Shown here in pieces: positions 32,401-41,585 of a DNA stretch of 50,273 bases. Positions within the stretch are counted from its first letter, which is position 1. Each line of letters starts with the position of its first letter. The translations under genes were made by a program, and so were the position numbers. Source of the DNA: an uncultured Clostridia bacterium (GTDB lineage: Bacteria > Bacillota > Clostridia > TANB77 > CAG-508); the NCBI GenBank assembly GCA_944392885.1, contig CALXYG010000064.1:1-50273 (forward strand). The letters are read 5' to 3'. The notes under the pieces were generated by a model. It did not search any database. It worked only from the letters and a program-made list of their open reading frames with translations, and was not told where the DNA came from.

Positions 32401-32841
32401 CAGATAAAAGAAAAATCAAATATTTATGCGAATAGAATGAATTTGAAGGAAGCTGATAGAACAATAGATTTAGAAGAACAGCTAACACCAACATTAGAAG
32501 AATATTTATCAAAAGATGAAAATGTTGAAGAAATAATGAGCAATTTAAGTGTAGACGACTTTACAAATATATTAACAAGAGCCATTAATAGAGAAGGAAG
32601 TATTCATAGAGATTATAATATAGAGATAGATGGTGTTGCTATAAATCTTGGGGAAATGAATGAATCCATTAATTTACCAGAGAAAGCCAGAATCCGAGAT
32701 GAAAATGAAAAAAGGCAGAAAATACAGGCAGATTTAAGAAACATTATACAACAGACTATTAAACTTAGAGAAAGCTATGTTGATGTGACAAGTAGAACAG
32801 ACAATGAAATGACGGAATTAGAAAAAAGCATACAAGTGTAA
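29482..32841 (+). CDS. Fusion protein: NlpC/P60-like hydrolase domain + VirB6-like polytopic domain (paralogue 2) + long K/N/E-rich tail
   Basis: Signal peptide. Candidate catalytic Cys in MYVSCASLCAG and the PGDVITGSGYHWHAMLYIGMDADGNHQIIHTNG block, which fits the NlpC/P60 pattern PGD..x..H.G.Y.G....IH. Block A is VAGWYYAFRNFVIAALLIVLIYLGIRIAITNIAEEKAQYKRML. Block B is YIKRLLSVFILIILSPLVAISYALDKIRDNRSQSLGRWLKEIAFTILIQSVHALIY. Confidence 0.6.
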   Translation: MRLLRNVIIIILTLIILVQILSPYAYALEESTITGDNLVGLSTEQQGYLSAYIRAYFSETLKYYGTYNVAAHKYSISGNHSGIYYQNDEEKLDASDIKQMYVSCASLCAGLLHQATGADIWDPETGRGGNIRGTGFFNPSRGNFNRVPDDEPLQPGDVITGSGYHWHAMLYIGMDADGNHQIIHTNGAPYVFGIDNMVGCDRYKGQAITPAMIRAAGGTANSNGSTVQRYGTVSRIKPEKLDPNWTPEKPKIIRWPNGVISTWDGEFTSVMGVETTGFLYYSGIANPIGSLGTSRTNIFEKIIDFFGDVVDYIIGLITGILRIPFIGITNTVQTWISQAVEVVSKQESEGPLTLEKIVLNQVPIFDVNLFNMNEAGGVELTSESNTGNADNIILTLRENVAGWYYAFRNFVIAALLIVLIYLGIRIAITNIAEEKAQYKRMLVDWFISFFMVLFIHYFILIVLWVNDFFIGIFTKIIENAEMGNFYQSVLDMAYNVNFTEGWYGTILYMALVWYMIKYAWKYIKRLLSVFILIILSPLVAISYALDKIRDNRSQSLGRWLKEIAFTILIQSVHALIYTVFLAGIVSQIIKETNILNMIGTCVFLIIGIKFMDAVEDIFENIFGFKSSSALKEVMDSAFEVFATYKIASRWIRRGAKLTTATAKVAGKAAGVVVGKPIVAGVKKIGENNKTVRNWLEGIEAVKKGYQEEMSGTQITENKKAYSNINNAINLERAKYEKARRSSRTYATQAMNVSIATVKNTGKGMAMFFTSPAAAVSYIIAGGLTAKSFGRIFSRGVKGFKRDVRQTFKGHDRGKIRLLKGQLNSEIKLRNDISDLYNQPDGVLNNTNTEPKEQKRIENLQKALNIKLAQASKIVSKEKVSRAVNSYIMRKNKLGNEQMPQRRNSNEQTNLLTIQSVVDVAKNIHTQDENIKINNTQLVNHFKEELQRAILNRETGKPEVLKIKFGEQLQKDIKQIKEKSNIYANRMNLKEADRTIDLEEQLTPTLEEYLSKDENVEEIMSNLSVDDFTNILTRAINREGSIHRDYNIEIDGVAINLGEMNESINLPEKARIRDENEKRQKIQADLRNIIQQTIKLRESYVDVTSRTDNEMTELEKSIQV

Positions 32842-32871
32842 AAAAATATTATAGAAAGGGTTTGGCAAAAT

Positions 32872-34624
32872 ATGAAAAACATTAAAAAAATAATTTGTCT
32901 TATATTAATTGTTATAATTACATTAAATGTTTTTTTGCCAAGCTTTACTTTTGCATCTAATACAGACAGTTTAGACCCATTAATAGGAATCGGAAAAACA
33001 CTATTAGATGGAGTATTTGGAATACTAACTTATCCATTTAAACTAACTATAATTGCACCAGGACTGGTGGCAAATTTGATATTAACTGAAATTGCATCTG
33101 TAGGAAGTGGAACAATAGAAGTAGTTACTTTGGAGAGTATATTATTTAATCAACTAGCATTAACTGATGTAAATATTTTACACCAAAGCAGTACAGCAAG
33201 TGGAGAAACTGTATCTACTAATATACAAGAAATTCGCCAAAATGTGGCAAATTGGTATTTTGCATTTCGAAATTTAGCTATTGTTACATCTCTTGCAACA
33301 CTAGTTTATATAGGAATTAGAATGGCTATTAGTAGTATAGCTGAAGATAAAGCTAAATACAAAAAAATGCTAGCGAATTGGGCCGTACGGTTTTGCTTTA
33401 ATTTTTGTGTTGCACTATTTTATGTTATTTGTATTAAATGCTAACACTTTATTAATTAATAGTTTTGCACAAGAAGAAGCAGTAACAGACGGAGGTCTTA
33501 GTGGCATAGTTGGATTATCAGAAGATTATATGAACAGGTTATTTATAGAAAGTTTTGGATTGTTATTAACAAAAAGTTTTGGTGCAGCAATTATGTATTC
33601 TATATTGCTTATTATTACATTAGTTTTTCTTATTATTTATATTAAGCGTATGCTAATGGTTTGTTTTCTGACAATAATAGCTCCTCTTATTACAATAACA
33701 TATTCTATTGATACGATTGGAAATAATAAATCTGAAATTTTGAACACATGGCTAAAGGAATATTGCTATAATATATTAATACAACCATTTCACTGTATTA
33801 CATATATGATATTCGTGGGGGCTGCTATGAATATTATGTATGAATCTGATGCCCTGAATTTTGGAGCTATGATTTTAGCAATTGCTTGTATTATTTGTAT
33901 TTTTGTAGGAGAGAAAATAATACGTACTATTTTTGGTTTTAACAAATCATCAAGTGTTGCACAAAAATTATTTACTGGAGCTATGATTACTAGTGCTGTT
34001 AGTAACGTTCAAAGAGTACAAAAAAGTGCGCAAAAAAAAGAAGAAGAGGAAGTACCACCTATTTTGCCTGATGGAACGGAGACTAAAGAAGTGTTACAAA
34101 AAGCAAATGTATCAAACTATATGAAGGAACAAAATGTACAAGGAAAAGAAGACCAACAAAAAAATCAGGAAAAAGAATCTACAAATAAGCCAAATGTGGA
34201 AACAGATAGAGTTAATGGTTCACAAACAAATAGGTCGGTAAGAAGTGTAAAAAATGAAAATAAAATATCGAGAACAATTAAAAATATTGGAAAAGGACGA
34301 AGAAGCTCAGACACAGACTTATTTGCATATGGTGCATACCAAAAGAATGTGGTAAAGAGAAAGAAACCAAGAGGAAGAGATTTGTTCATGTTGGCAAGTG
34401 AAAATTATAGAAGAAGTGTTAATCCAACAATGACAAATAAGCAATTAGCAATGCAAATGGAAGCAATACGAAATAGTTCCTTCAAAGATTTAACAGATGG
34501 AAGGGATATTGTTTATAAAACATGGATTATGGATGCTGAAAAAAGGTTTGCAGCAGAAGGAGAAAGAGACCCAATACAAGCAATGAAAGATAGCATTATA
34601 AAAAAGGATAAAAATAGAGCATGA
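32872..34624 (+). CDS. VirB6-like polytopic membrane protein, paralogue 3, in two frames joined at an in-frame CGG (C at 33388)
   Basis: ORFs 32872-33444 and 33407-34624. Skipping C33388 (gcc gta C ggt ttt gct tta att ttt gtg ttg cac tat) gives NWAV-G-FALIFVLHYFMLFVLNAN. This aligns with paralogue 4 (NWVIGFGLIFILHYIIVITLNAN). Blocks A and B are present. Confidence 0.6.
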
Positions 34625-34641
34625 GAAAGGATAATTGACTA

Positions 34642-37179
34642 ATGGAAAAACTAAAACAAATAATTTGTTGGTGTATCATTACAGTGGTATTATTAAATAA
34701 TATAATACCAAGCCTCTCTTGTGCTTCTAGCTATGAAGCCGCAACAGGAGATGCACTAACGGAAGCAATTAGAAAAGGAACAGAAGAAAAAATAAAAGAG
34801 ATGATTGTAGCTGATGTGCAAAATGGAGATACTAACTATACTCAAACAAAACAATTTCTGACAGAGATGAAAAACTATGTGTATGAATTTAGTAGTAGAG
34901 CTGATACATTATATGAAAATATGTATAATAATAAAACAGATGGAATCGTTGAACTAAAGAATTGGATTTTAGGAGAAGAAGATGGAATGAACCATGGGAT
35001 GGAGGGATATTTTGAGGAAAGCTATGTTGATTTCCTATTAAAGAAAATATTGGAAGTCTCAGATGCTGCCAATAGAAATGAATCATTACCATTTTATGCT
35101 AGTTATTTCGCACAAGCAAGCTATGGAACACAATCTATTATTGACACATTTTACACATTAGATGGATTAATCATAGAAGAAGAAATTGAAAATTTAGCAA
35201 AAGAAATAGATGAACAAATTACGATTAAACCAGATGAACAAGTGAAAAATGAGATAAGGAGAATAGAAGAAAAAATAAGAAAAAAAATAGAAAGCCTAAC
35301 ACAAAATGAAGAAGAAGAATTAATAAATTATATTAAAGGCATAAGAACAGAAATTGAAACAGGAACTTTTTCAGATGAGGTAAAAGAAAAAATAATAGAA
35401 GAAATGGAGAACCTTTTTTATACTGATGGAGAAGTTGATATTTACAAAACACAATGGAATTTAATTACATGGTTATCAGAACCTTCTGATACAACATTAG
35501 ATGGTGTGCAAACACAAGTAAGTAATGTGGATGACCCACTAAATGGCAAATTTGTTACAGGAATTTTAGATGGGGCACTTGGAATAGTGTTAATTCCATT
35601 TAAAATTGTACTTATTATACCTGGTGCTATTATTAATTTAATCTTAGGTGGAATTGGACTTATTGGTGGAGATGGCGGAAATGTTACATTAGAAAGAATA
35701 CTATTTAATAATGTAGAAGGAGAAGCTAAACTAACACTTGTTGATATTAATGTTTTTAAAAATCCGGAAGGAACAACAGAAGCTATAGTATCTATCAGAA
35801 ATAGTATTGCAGGCTTTTACATTAGTTTTAGAAATTTAGCTATTGTACTATCTCTTGCAGTATTAATTTATATCGGAATTAGAATGGCAATCAACAGTAC
35901 AGCCGAAGTAAAGGCAAAATACAAGTCGATGCTTGTAAATTGGGTAATAGGATTTGGACTTATTTTTATTTTGCATTATATCATAGTAATTACACTTAAC
36001 GCAAATGAGCTTTTAGTAAGAACAATTTATGATGGAACCATTGAAGATTGGGACTTTATGCGTCAATTAGTAGTTCAAATATGGCAAATTCCATTTACCA
36101 AAAGTTTTGCATCTATTATTATGTATTGTAGTTTACTTATTATGACATGTAGCTTTTTACTAGTATACATTAAGCGTATGCTAACGATTGCATTTTTAAT
36201 TACAATAGCTCCGCTAATAAGTGTTACATATTCAATTGATAAGATAGGTAATAATCGTTCTGAAATATTAGATACTTGGTTAAGAGAGTTTTTCTTTAAT
36301 GTACTAATACAACCATTTCATTGTTTAATTTATTTGATTTTTGTAAAAACAGCGATTAATTTAATTAACCAGACTGATTATTTAGATTTTGGAGCCATGA
36401 TTTTTGCTATTATACTTATATTTAGTATTTACCTAGGAGAGAAAATTATTAAAGAAATTTTTGGATTTTCAAACTCAAAAAGTTTAGCACAAAAAGTAGC
36501 TGTTATTGCACTGGCAACAAAAACAATTAGCAATGTGAGAAATATTGTTGCGCTTAGAGGTGCTGCTAATGATATGAGAGTGAATAAAAAATTAAAATCT
36601 GTTCCAAATAAAATGCCAGATGGTAGCAACATTTCTATGGAAGGGTTAGCACAATATAGAGTTTTAGCAGAAAAGCACCGAAAAGGAGAAACTTCAAAGC
36701 AAAAAACAGGCAATGTTCAGCCAAAACAAACCAAAAGGCAAATTGTGCAGCCAGCTGTTAAAAAGCGTAGACATCTAAAAAATGCACCAAGGACAGCAAA
36801 AAAAGCAATGCGTTGGTACAGGGATATTTTAAAAGTTACTACTGGATATAATTTTGCTAAAAGTACAGGTAGAAATATAAAACAAGAGCGAATGAAGAAA
36901 AAAGTTATCAATATGACAAATGAGGACATGTTAATTGCAGTTGCTGAAAACTTTAGGCAAAAACACGATAAAACAATGAGTAATGAAGACTTAGCGAAAA
37001 TGGCTGAAACAATTCACAAAACAAGCATGAAAGATTTACACTCATTACCAGAGATTTATTTTAAAGCACATATCGAAGAGATGTATAAAAATAATAGTAA
37101 GAACGGAGAAGATGCGATGAAAAAGATAAAAGATACTATTATATTTGGAAATGATAAAAACAAGCAATGGAAAAAGTAG
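34642..37179 (+). CDS. VirB6-like polytopic membrane protein, paralogue 4, with an N-terminal extracytoplasmic domain of about 300 aa
   Basis: Signal peptide and a coiled-coil-rich N-domain. Block A is IAGFYISFRNLAIVLSLAVLIYIGIRMAINSTAEVKAKYKSML. Block B is YIKRMLTIAFLITIAPLISVTYSIDKIGNNRSEILDTWLREFFFNVLIQPFHCLIY. Basic C-terminal tail. Confidence 0.6.
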   Translation: MEKLKQIICWCIITVVLLNNIIPSLSCASSYEAATGDALTEAIRKGTEEKIKEMIVADVQNGDTNYTQTKQFLTEMKNYVYEFSSRADTLYENMYNNKTDGIVELKNWILGEEDGMNHGMEGYFEESYVDFLLKKILEVSDAANRNESLPFYASYFAQASYGTQSIIDTFYTLDGLIIEEEIENLAKEIDEQITIKPDEQVKNEIRRIEEKIRKKIESLTQNEEEELINYIKGIRTEIETGTFSDEVKEKIIEEMENLFYTDGEVDIYKTQWNLITWLSEPSDTTLDGVQTQVSNVDDPLNGKFVTGILDGALGIVLIPFKIVLIIPGAIINLILGGIGLIGGDGGNVTLERILFNNVEGEAKLTLVDINVFKNPEGTTEAIVSIRNSIAGFYISFRNLAIVLSLAVLIYIGIRMAINSTAEVKAKYKSMLVNWVIGFGLIFILHYIIVITLNANELLVRTIYDGTIEDWDFMRQLVVQIWQIPFTKSFASIIMYCSLLIMTCSFLLVYIKRMLTIAFLITIAPLISVTYSIDKIGNNRSEILDTWLREFFFNVLIQPFHCLIYLIFVKTAINLINQTDYLDFGAMIFAIILIFSIYLGEKIIKEIFGFSNSKSLAQKVAVIALATKTISNVRNIVALRGAANDMRVNKKLKSVPNKMPDGSNISMEGLAQYRVLAEKHRKGETSKQKTGNVQPKQTKRQIVQPAVKKRRHLKNAPRTAKKAMRWYRDILKVTTGYNFAKSTGRNIKQERMKKKVINMTNEDMLIAVAENFRQKHDKTMSNEDLAKMAETIHKTSMKDLHSLPEIYFKAHIEEMYKNNSKNGEDAMKKIKDTIIFGNDKNKQWKK

Positions 37180-40100
37180 GTGATAAATTTGGATGAAGAG
37201 AAAAAACAAAATAAACGTGACTGGGGAGCGACATTAGCAAATATAGTGCGTACAATTAAAGCACTAAAAAACCCAATCATATTTTGGTTAGCAGTAGCAA
37301 TAATTGTAATTTTTATTTTAATTGGTTTTGTTGGATTTTTTCAAGCTCTACCAGGAAATGTTTTGGGAAAACTTGGTGAAAGTATCACAAGTTGGGTTAC
37401 AAATTTATTTGTAGATACTAGATTTGAAATAAAACAATCTGACCTGATAGATATATGCAAATATTTAGAAGATATGGGATATGACTTAGAAGGTTATGGT
37501 TTTGTAGAGGAGATTACTAGAGAAGGAGAAAAAACATATCAGGACCAAAATTTCCAAAATCCTAAACAGCCGGACAGAGGAGAAATTACAAGTGTTAAAA
37601 GCAAGTATTTGGAAGCATATCTAATAGCAGAGCGAAAATCTTATGCAATTGCAAATGACGATTGGAAGCCATATGATATATTTTCCATATTTAACACTAC
37701 ATACACTGATTTTTATGCTGAGCAAGCGGTAGAAGATGCCTTTAATGATGTATGGCCTATTGATGGAAATGAAAGAGGGTATTTCCAAGAGATATTAGAT
37801 AATTTTTATGAAAGAAAAGATGGTAGTTATGTAAAGAAAAGTGACAAACAGCCAGCAGATGATAATACAGAAATATACCGATACTATGCAAACGTACCTG
37901 AAGGAGATATACGTCATAGAGTAAAAGAAGCAATTAAGACATATTATAAATACAAAAAGACATTTGCAATTAATTTAGATTTTAATATAGAGTTAAGCCT
38001 TAGAGGAGAAGAAAAAACAAAGTTTTTATTTGGTAAGAATTTGCTCAATGCAATGTCCTCTAACAACAGATATGCATTTGAAAATGTTGTAGATAGTTTT
38101 TTTGAATCAAATAGTGCGGATTTTAGTGAGTACGAAAACTACGGTACAGGTATGATTATATTAGAAGATAACACAAATAAACCAGACAACGGAAGTAATG
38201 TGAAATGGGTTAAAGATAATATAGAGTATCAGGTTACCATTGATGAAAAGAATCGTTATTTTATAGTAGAAACCTTTAATGGAGACGACTTTTGGAGATA
38301 TGTAAAAGGAGGCAGTTCTTATGCCTACGACTTAAATGGATGGACATGTAAATATGGAAAACCAATAGAAGCACTGCTTGCAATGCATTTAGGAACTTGT
38401 GCACCAGATTTTGTTTATTTATTTGCAACATCTCCAGCGGTAGATACGAAAGTACATATTGACTTATTTCCAGTACAAATGCATCTAAAATTTGTTATGT
38501 CAGAAGAAAGTGGAGAATATATAAGACCTATAATAGAAAAAGCAATAGAAGATGAAGTAAATAGCATAGTAACAAGTACAACTTATAGCAACCTAATTAA
38601 TTCTTTAAGAGCGAAAAAAAATAATTTTATAATATCACCAATAGATAATATAATTGCTACCCTTGAAAAATATATAGATGAAGATATTACAGTTGACGGA
38701 GAAGTTAGTCTTTTAGAAGAACTTTATAGTGATTTAAATTCAATTTATAATAAACTAAATCCAAACAGTTCTGCGGGCATGGCCTTTAGTAATGAGAGAA
38801 AATATGTAAACAATATAAGAGAAATGATAAATAATTCTGAAATTACAATATTAGATACAACATTCAGCTACAGAGAAAAAGAAATACAGGAATTATATGC
38901 AACAGCAGTGAAATATGAAGATAGTATTGTGTCAACAGCAACACCATATATTACAAAAGTTGTGAATCACTGGTATCGCAATCAATATTTTTTAGGAGAT
39001 GACGAAATCAGTATAAGCACTAAAAAAACAGAATTAGCCCAAATGCTTACTAATATAAATGAACTTTTTACAGAGTATGATGAATTATCAACTGAAGTTA
39101 CTTATTTAGAAGAAGATGCCATAGAAAAAGCAAAGGATGAAATAGAGGGATTAGAAACAGAAGATGAAATTGATAATTTTATATCAAGTCAAATGAACAA
39201 TTGGCTAGGAAAGGCAACAACAGAAGAACAGAAGGAAAAACTAGAAAACATATTTAATGTCGCTACAAACTCAGACCAAGTTGTAGGAGAAGATAGTTCA
39301 TACGATATTATTGCTAATCCAGATCCCGCATATTATCAGCTACCAGCAGAGGCTGCAATTTCAGAAAATGAAACAGTAAATGAATTTTTTAGAAAAATTT
39401 ATGTGGAAGAAACACGTTCAGCAGACATTATACAAATTCACAATCCTATTTTTGAAGACAATTCACAGTATATTAGAAACTGGTTAAAAGACAAATATTA
39501 TATTTTTAATGGGACAACTGATGACGAAAAAGCTCAAACAACAGGAGAAACAACAAGTCAAACATTAAATGAGAAGAAAGTTGCTGGAGGTAAGCAGTAT
39601 ATTCAGGGTAAGACAGCATTGCAAGTCATAGACAATCTATTAGAAAAATCTACAGATAGACAAAATATTATATATTTAAGAAGAGATTTAAAAGAACTAT
39701 TTGAAGATTTTGAATTCGACCTAGAAAATGTAGAAATACCAACACAAAAAATATTAGATAATGTAATGCCAGATTATATACCATATACACCATGGCCTTC
39801 TGTATACGAAGAAGCAGAAAGTGATTGCACTAAAATGATTTATAAAGCAAACAGTGCGAATCTGGTAGCACCAGCATCAGGAACTATTACAAAAGCTAGT
39901 AACGGAACAATTGAAATAGAGTTTGAAAGCAATGATGAGCAAACAATATCAATTGCTGGAATGACATTAAATATAAAGGGAAATGTGAAACCTAGTGTAG
40001 GAGTTGGAACAACTGTAAAAAGAGGACAAGTAATAGGAACAGCCAGTCAAGAAGACAATATTATTACTATTGAATTAAGATTATTTAGTGTATCAAAACA

Positions 40101-41007
40101 ATTATTAAATATTCAAAATTATATGAATGTGGAACATAAAACATATGATGGAGAAGGAAAATATCGTTTAAGTGATGACGAAAAGATAATGCTATATAAT
40201 CTACAAAATAGCGAAATTGATATGGTTAAACAGGAAGCTTATACACAATGCCAAGCTATTGTAAATGTTGTATTTAACAAAATTGCTTCACCTTACTATT
40301 CCAGCTTAAAAAGTGTTGCAAGTGTATTAGCAGATTCAGAAAGAGATTTTCTAAAATACTCAACCACAAACACAAATTTATATAGTCTAGAAGGAAACAG
40401 TATTGCTAAATCAGCGATTATTAATGCACTAAATGGTGTGGACATTACAAAAACAAATACACTACTTGGAGCAACAAGATATTTTGCCACTGACGATGAA
40501 TATTATACAGGAATTGAAGATGTAAAAGAAGAGAAACTAAAAGAATTAGAAGAAGAAATAAAAGTAAAGATGGAAATTACAAATCGTGCATATGGCATAA
40601 CTGAAGAGGAATATCTCGAATACCTTGGGGATATACTCATGAAAAAAATAGATGAAGTAATATATACACTTAATTATGATAAATATGTTGAAGGTTATGA
40701 AGAATATAGCCAATTTGTAGAACAATTTGGACCTGCAAAAGAAGAGGTACTAAATTATTATAAAAATGGAAATTACATAGAGAGTAGTGATAGAAAAACT
40801 AGTCAAGATGTTATTACTAGCATTGTAAAAAGTAATGTGGAACAAGAAATAGAAGAAAAAGATGGCACTATAACAGTAACTGACAAATTTACTATAACAG
40901 CAAATAGTAATTATATGGCAAATTGGAAATTTACTTATACAAAAGGTCCGGAAGGAAGAATTAATTCTAGTATTCTGGTCGAATATGAGGTAATAAAAAA
41001 TTTCTAA
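37180..41007 (+). CDS. Giant (about 1275 aa) membrane-anchored protein with a degenerate LytM/M23-like barrel and a SleB-like cell-wall hydrolase-like segment
   Basis: Starts at GTG 37180 or TTG 37189 (AGGTGA 5 nt upstream). One TM helix (IIFWLAVAIIVIFILIGFVGFF). nt ~39858-40090 encode VAPASGTITKA..GTTVKRGQVIGTAS..ITIELRLF, an M23-like topology in which the His/Asp metal ligands are replaced. nt ~40170-40490 encode EAYTQCQAIVNVVFNKIASPYY...AIINALNGVD..LLGATRYF, which resembles the SleB/Hydrolase_2 pattern. Confidence 0.5.
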   Translation: MINLDEEKKQNKRDWGATLANIVRTIKALKNPIIFWLAVAIIVIFILIGFVGFFQALPGNVLGKLGESITSWVTNLFVDTRFEIKQSDLIDICKYLEDMGYDLEGYGFVEEITREGEKTYQDQNFQNPKQPDRGEITSVKSKYLEAYLIAERKSYAIANDDWKPYDIFSIFNTTYTDFYAEQAVEDAFNDVWPIDGNERGYFQEILDNFYERKDGSYVKKSDKQPADDNTEIYRYYANVPEGDIRHRVKEAIKTYYKYKKTFAINLDFNIELSLRGEEKTKFLFGKNLLNAMSSNNRYAFENVVDSFFESNSADFSEYENYGTGMIILEDNTNKPDNGSNVKWVKDNIEYQVTIDEKNRYFIVETFNGDDFWRYVKGGSSYAYDLNGWTCKYGKPIEALLAMHLGTCAPDFVYLFATSPAVDTKVHIDLFPVQMHLKFVMSEESGEYIRPIIEKAIEDEVNSIVTSTTYSNLINSLRAKKNNFIISPIDNIIATLEKYIDEDITVDGEVSLLEELYSDLNSIYNKLNPNSSAGMAFSNERKYVNNIREMINNSEITILDTTFSYREKEIQELYATAVKYEDSIVSTATPYITKVVNHWYRNQYFLGDDEISISTKKTELAQMLTNINELFTEYDELSTEVTYLEEDAIEKAKDEIEGLETEDEIDNFISSQMNNWLGKATTEEQKEKLENIFNVATNSDQVVGEDSSYDIIANPDPAYYQLPAEAAISENETVNEFFRKIYVEETRSADIIQIHNPIFEDNSQYIRNWLKDKYYIFNGTTDDEKAQTTGETTSQTLNEKKVAGGKQYIQGKTALQVIDNLLEKSTDRQNIIYLRRDLKELFEDFEFDLENVEIPTQKILDNVMPDYIPYTPWPSVYEEAESDCTKMIYKANSANLVAPASGTITKASNGTIEIEFESNDEQTISIAGMTLNIKGNVKPSVGVGTTVKRGQVIGTASQEDNIITIELRLFSVSKQLLNIQNYMNVEHKTYDGEGKYRLSDDEKIMLYNLQNSEIDMVKQEAYTQCQAIVNVVFNKIASPYYSSLKSVASVLADSERDFLKYSTTNTNLYSLEGNSIAKSAIINALNGVDITKTNTLLGATRYFATDDEYYTGIEDVKEEKLKELEEEIKVKMEITNRAYGITEEEYLEYLGDILMKKIDEVIYTLNYDKYVEGYEEYSQFVEQFGPAKEEVLNYYKNGNYIESSDRKTSQDVITSIVKSNVEQEIEEKDGTITVTDKFTITANSNYMANWKFTYTKGPEGRINSSILVEYEVIKNF

Positions 41008-41063
41008 ATGCCAATGCTAAAATCATTATTACCATAAAGTAAAGAAGAAAAGAGGAAAAGAAA

Positions 41064-41570
41064 ATGAAGAAAAAAGAAAAAAACTTAAAATCAAATATAA
41101 AAAGAGCACTTGTAATATGTAGTGTTATTATTCTTTGTTTGATTTTCCTTTTAATTATTTTACATTTGACTAAAACTGAACAACAAGAGGAGATACGAAC
41201 TACTGAGCAAAGGGATGAAGAAATAAAAAATATTGTGCGTCCAAAAGGAGAAAAAGAAAGAATGCAAATTTATTTGGCAGAATATTTAAAACACATAGAA
41301 AAACAAGAATATGAGCAGGCATACCAAATTCTTTACGCTGAATTCAAGCAAAACTTTTTCCCAAGCTTACAGTCTTTTTGCTCATATGTTCAGAAAAATT
41401 ATTCAGATTTAATGAAAGTAGACTATACAGATATTCAAAGACAGGGAGAATATTATATTTTGACTGTGACAATCACAAACCTAGGAGAACTTGATACCCA
41501 AATAACACAAAAATTCATTATATATGAAAATGCATTAAATGATTATACACTATCGTTTCAAGCTATATAA
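41064..41570 (+). CDS. Small membrane-anchored protein sharing its domain with the next gene
   Basis: One TM helix, then IYLAEYLKHIEKQEYEQAYQILYAEFKQNFFPSLQSFCSYV. This parallels EEYIKQYVEYCNQKDYEKAYEMISQNCRNKIYPNLNEFKAYV in ORF 41586. Confidence 0.55.
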   Translation: MKKKEKNLKSNIKRALVICSVIILCLIFLLIILHLTKTEQQEEIRTTEQRDEEIKNIVRPKGEKERMQIYLAEYLKHIEKQEYEQAYQILYAEFKQNFFPSLQSFCSYVQKNYSDLMKVDYTDIQRQGEYYILTVTITNLGELDTQITQKFIIYENALNDYTLSFQAI

Positions 41571-41585
41571 AGAAGGTGTGAGGAG

